Below, piece by piece: positions 60,911-64,000 of a stretch of DNA of 64,000 nucleotides. Source of the DNA: an uncultured Bacteroidota bacterium (lineage in GTDB: Bacteria; Bacteroidota; Ignavibacteria; UBA10030; UBA6906); NCBI GenBank assembly GCA_963700635.1, contig CAVOYH010000006.1:1-64000 (forward strand). Reading direction: 5' to 3'. Each line of letters opens with the position of its first letter. The first letter of the stretch is position 1. Below the pieces are notes generated by a model. The model was not told where the DNA came from. It did not search any database and saw only the letters and a program-made list of their open reading frames with translations. A program made the position numbers and the translations under genes.

Positions 60911-61004
60911 ATGCTACGAAATGGCTATCACCAAAGCAAGATTCCCCGTTGCTCTTGGTCAACGTTCTTCCTACATTTTTTGAGCTCAGGGAAATGCCAT
61001 TTTC
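60911..61004. promoter_or_regulatory. Predicted divergent sigma70 promoters with operator-like sites
   Basis: Minus: TTGCTT (60939-60934), N17, TAGCAT (60916-60911). Plus: TTGCTC (60949-60954), N17, TACATT (60972-60977). Motif copies GGAAATGCCATTTTC (60990-61004) and CGAAATGGCTATCAC (60917-60931). Confidence 0.5.
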
Positions 61005-61015
61005 CGGAATTTAAC

Positions 61016-62500
61016 GTGATCTCGTTTACCGGTTTGTCCAAGAAATTCGGCGGCACCACGGCTCTCGACCACGTCTCATTCACCCTCGAGAGGGGGAAAG
61101 TTCATGCGCTCATGGGCGAAAATGGCGCGGGAAAGTCAACCCTCGGGAAGATCCTCGCCGGCATCCATCAACCGGACAGTGGCGAGATAACCATCGATGG
61201 CCGGCCTGCGCGTTTTGACTCCCCCCGCGCTGCAAGGCGCGCGGGCGTTGGCATGGTACACCAGGAGCTTGCGCTCTGCCCTGACCTCACCGTAGCCGAA
61301 AACCTCTGCCTCGGGATGTATCCCGCGAAAGGGGGTTTCATGCTTGACAGGCGCGCCATGACGGCCCGCGCACATTCGCTCCTGGAGAATATCGGCGCGA
61401 CTATCCCTCCCGACCGCCTTGTCCGGGATATCTCTGTGGCGCTCCAGCAGGTTGTCCAGATTGCCGGCGCGGTAGGTACGGGAGCCGATATCCTGATCTT
61501 TGATGAACCGACGAGCTCGCTGTCAAACACAGAAACCCGGCAGCTTTTTGATCTTATCGCCCGGCTGCGGGATCGAGGTGTCACCGTGGTGTATGTCTCA
61601 CACCGGATGTCCGAAGTGTTCGAGTTGTGTGACACCATAAGCGTCCTGCGCGACGGCCGGTTCGTCGGAACCCTTCCACGGGCGGACCTGGATGAGGACA
61701 AAGTTGTCCTGATGATGATCGGGCGGCATGTGGACGAGTATTTTCCCGACCATCTTGAACATCCGCCCGGGGATGAGCTTCTGCGCGTCGAGTCGCTTTG
61801 TTCCCCCGGACGGTTTTCCGACATTACGTTCTCCGTACGCGAGGGCGAAATTGTCGGGCTCGCCGGGCTCGTGGGGTCCGGACGCAGCGAGGTGGCCACC
61901 GCAGTGCTCGGACTCGACCCTCACGCCACGGGGAGGATACACCTGCAGGGCAGGGACCTTTCCCGCCTCTCTCCCCGCAAACGGATGCGGGCCGGGCTGG
62001 GGTTTGTGCCGGAAGACAGGAAACGGCAGGGGCTCGCACTCCCCCTCTCGTGCCGGATCAACCACTCACTCACCATCCTGGATACGCTCCGACGATTCGT
62101 GTTCGTGGACCGGCGCCGCGAGTCAGCAATGCTGCACCGCTCGATCCAGCAACTCTCGATCAAGACTCCGGACGTTGAGACGCCGGTCTCACATCTCAGC
62201 GGCGGGAATCAGCAGAAAATCGTTCTCGCAAAGTGGCTTGCCTGTTCTTCCCGAATTCTGTTTCTTGATGAACCAACACGGGGCGTGGATGTTGGCGCAA
62301 AAGCGTCCATTCACTCGTTGATGGAGCGCCTGGCGCATGAAGGACGGGGACTTGTTCTCATCTCCTCGGAATTGCCGGAACTCCTGCACCTGTCCACGCG
62401 TATCCTCGTGATGCGTGAAGGACGCATCGTGGGAGAAGTACCCCGGTCCGGAGCGACGCAGGATCAGCTGCTCCGGATGATGTCCGGCCTGGCTCCATAA
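61016..62500 (+). CDS. Sugar ABC transporter ATP-binding protein (RbsA-like)
   Basis: GENGAGKST, FDEPTSSL, YVSHR, LSGGNQQK and DEPTRGVDV. GTG start at 61016. Confidence 0.92.
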   Translation: MISFTGLSKKFGGTTALDHVSFTLERGKVHALMGENGAGKSTLGKILAGIHQPDSGEITIDGRPARFDSPRAARRAGVGMVHQELALCPDLTVAENLCLGMYPAKGGFMLDRRAMTARAHSLLENIGATIPPDRLVRDISVALQQVVQIAGAVGTGADILIFDEPTSSLSNTETRQLFDLIARLRDRGVTVVYVSHRMSEVFELCDTISVLRDGRFVGTLPRADLDEDKVVLMMIGRHVDEYFPDHLEHPPGDELLRVESLCSPGRFSDITFSVREGEIVGLAGLVGSGRSEVATAVLGLDPHATGRIHLQGRDLSRLSPRKRMRAGLGFVPEDRKRQGLALPLSCRINHSLTILDTLRRFVFVDRRRESAMLHRSIQQLSIKTPDVETPVSHLSGGNQQKIVLAKWLACSSRILFLDEPTRGVDVGAKASIHSLMERLAHEGRGLVLISSELPELLHLSTRILVMREGRIVGEVPRSGATQDQLLRMMSGLAP

Positions 62501-62570
62501 TCCCGGTGCCGCGCCGGGTGATACGCCTGTTCACATACGCCCAGAGTATATACCAATCAGGATCATCGTT

Positions 62571-63116
62571 ATGAAGCAAGTGGATGTCCGCAAATACAGA
62601 AAAAGAGCTCTCGGATTTCTGCGCAAAGCCCGTCTTCCCGTCACTCCGGCTGAAGCGCGATCGATGGAGGTAACGGATTTTGGCCTCGGGGATCCGGACC
62701 ACATAGGCCTGGAACTCGTCGTCTATGAAAACAACGACCGCTATTGTGCCAAAGAACTGGTGCTCCTCCCGGGCCAGATATGCCCGGAACACCGCCACCC
62801 TCCGTTTGATGAAGCGAATCCGGGAAAACGGGAAACATTCCGCTGCCGCTGGGGGAAGGTCTTCCTGTATGTCGACGGCCCACCGACGAGGCGCCCAAAA
62901 GGGCGGGTGCCGGCCGAGCGGAGGCAATTCTTTACAGTCTGGCACGAAATTGTGCTCAACCCCGGCGATCAGTATACCCTCTCCTCCGATACACTTCACT
63001 GGTTCCAGGGCGGGCCGCAGGGTGCCGTCGTGTCGGAGTTTTCTTCCACCAGCGACGACGCCAGCGACATCTTCACCGACCCGAACATCACACGTATTCC
63101 GGTGCACAACACATGA
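62571..63116 (+). CDS. D-lyxose/D-mannose family sugar isomerase (cupin)
   Basis: DFGLG, YCAKEL.L.PGQ.CPEHRHP, K.ETFRC..G and HWFQ.G..GAVVSEFS. Confidence 0.88.
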   Translation: MKQVDVRKYRKRALGFLRKARLPVTPAEARSMEVTDFGLGDPDHIGLELVVYENNDRYCAKELVLLPGQICPEHRHPPFDEANPGKRETFRCRWGKVFLYVDGPPTRRPKGRVPAERRQFFTVWHEIVLNPGDQYTLSSDTLHWFQGGPQGAVVSEFSSTSDDASDIFTDPNITRIPVHNT

Positions 63117-64000
63117 CATCAAAACAACGATTTCTCGCCGCACTTAACCGCCAGGTGCCAGACAGGCTGCCCGTTACGACCCACCATGTTATGCCGTATT
63201 TCCTGGAGAAGTACATGGGCGGGGCCTCCAATGACGTCTTTTTTGACCGGTTTCATCTTGATCCCATCCAGTGGGTTGCCGAGTTCCAGCCCGATTCCGA
63301 AACCGGTGACTATCTCGATCCGGATCACAGACCTGGCTATCTGGAGCCCAGGCGGATTTCCTCCGACACCTGGCGTGTGGTTGCATCACCTGTGCCCGAT
63401 CCGCAATACGCAACCGTACAATATACATTCCACACTCCCAAGAAGAACCTCTCGATGGTGCTCCAGAGCAACGAGTACACATCCTGGGTGACCGACCGGC
63501 TGATCAAGGAACGGAATGACATTGATATCATCGCCGAATTCGCCACGCTGCCGGTGTGCGATGTCGCGTCCGTCAACCGTATCGCCGATACCTACGGTGA
63601 GCGCGGGCTTGTCCGGGGGACCATGCTGTGCTTCGACGTCTACGGCCAGCCCGGCTGCTGGCAGGACGCCGCAGTCCTGATCGGCATAGAAGAACTCATT
63701 TTGGCCACGTACGATGATCCCGAATGGGTTCACGCATTCCTTGATATTCTGATGAAACGAAAACTTCATTTTGTGGACTCGCTCCGGGGCGCGCGGATTG
63801 ACATCCTTGAACTGGGCGGTGGAGATGCCTCATCGACCGTCATCTCTCCAAAGATCTTCGACACGTTTGTCGCTCCGTACGACATACCTATTATCGATCA
63901 TGCACACGCAGCGGGTCAGAAGATTGTCTATCATACCTGCGGCGGGATGATGCCGTTTCTTGAGCGGCTCGCGGAGATGCATCCCGACGCGATGGAAACC
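63113..64000 (+). CDS. Uroporphyrinogen decarboxylase / MtaA-CmuA methyltransferase family protein; runs off the right edge
   Basis: Absent from the ORF track. Manual translation from ATG 63113 (ATGA overlap) is open to the edge: MTSKQRFLAALNRQVPDRLPV...G.EE...YDDPEWVH...DASSTVISP..F..FV.PY...YHTCGG...MET. Confidence 0.85.
   Translation, partial: MTSKQRFLAALNRQVPDRLPVTTHHVMPYFLEKYMGGASNDVFFDRFHLDPIQWVAEFQPDSETGDYLDPDHRPGYLEPRRISSDTWRVVASPVPDPQYATVQYTFHTPKKNLSMVLQSNEYTSWVTDRLIKERNDIDIIAEFATLPVCDVASVNRIADTYGERGLVRGTMLCFDVYGQPGCWQDAAVLIGIEELILATYDDPEWVHAFLDILMKRKLHFVDSLRGARIDILELGGGDASSTVISPKIFDTFVAPYDIPIIDHAHAAGQKIVYHTCGGMMPFLERLAEMHPDAMET

Noticed and set aside
1-64000. CRISPR arrays, tRNA/rRNA, prophage, integrase or defence systems
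   Set aside because: I saw no spaced direct repeats, RNA-gene signatures or such protein motifs, and the intergenic gaps are short. This was by eye only, without a covariance-model scan.

Overview
A GC-rich (roughly 58-60% by eye), gene-dense bacterial window given over almost entirely to carbohydrate and amino-sugar catabolism. The TonB receptor/PorV/T9SS-type gene set, together with E. coli-like sigma70 promoters and Shine-Dalgarno sites, points to a non-Bacteroidia FCB-group organism such as Ignavibacteria; this is an inference. A divergent promoter at ~32.7-32.8 kb drives two arms. The minus-strand arm (~32 kb) opens with a TonB-dependent receptor, a large T9SS-CTD-bearing protein and a PorV-family barrel, with no SusD, and a strong terminator follows these three genes. 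About 20 tightly coupled genes come next: MetE-like, two TIM-barrel isomerases, PhyH dioxygenase, orphan (alpha/alpha)6 hydrolases, Tat-exported class V PLP enzyme, two tandem SSS symporters, LarA, IclR, heparinase II/III-like, class III aminotransferase, double amidohydrolase, beta-propeller and a GH37-like gene. The plus-strand arm carries GH78, TIM-barrel/cupin/Gfo-Idh-MocA, AGE epimerase, PhyH, MFS, GH51, GH47, a sugar ABC transporter, a short divergent Rho, S9 and M1 peptidases and PlsC. The right end has a CBM-Ntn hydrolase-M1-like fusion, an SSS symporter, an ABC ATPase, a lyxose isomerase and a URO-D-family gene. A shared 15-bp near-palindrome sits on predicted promoters in four intergenic regions (candidate IclR regulon). 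Four apparent single-base insertions break genes and are probably assembly errors. I saw no rRNA, tRNA, CRISPR or mobile element. All family calls come from motif recognition by eye, not database searches.
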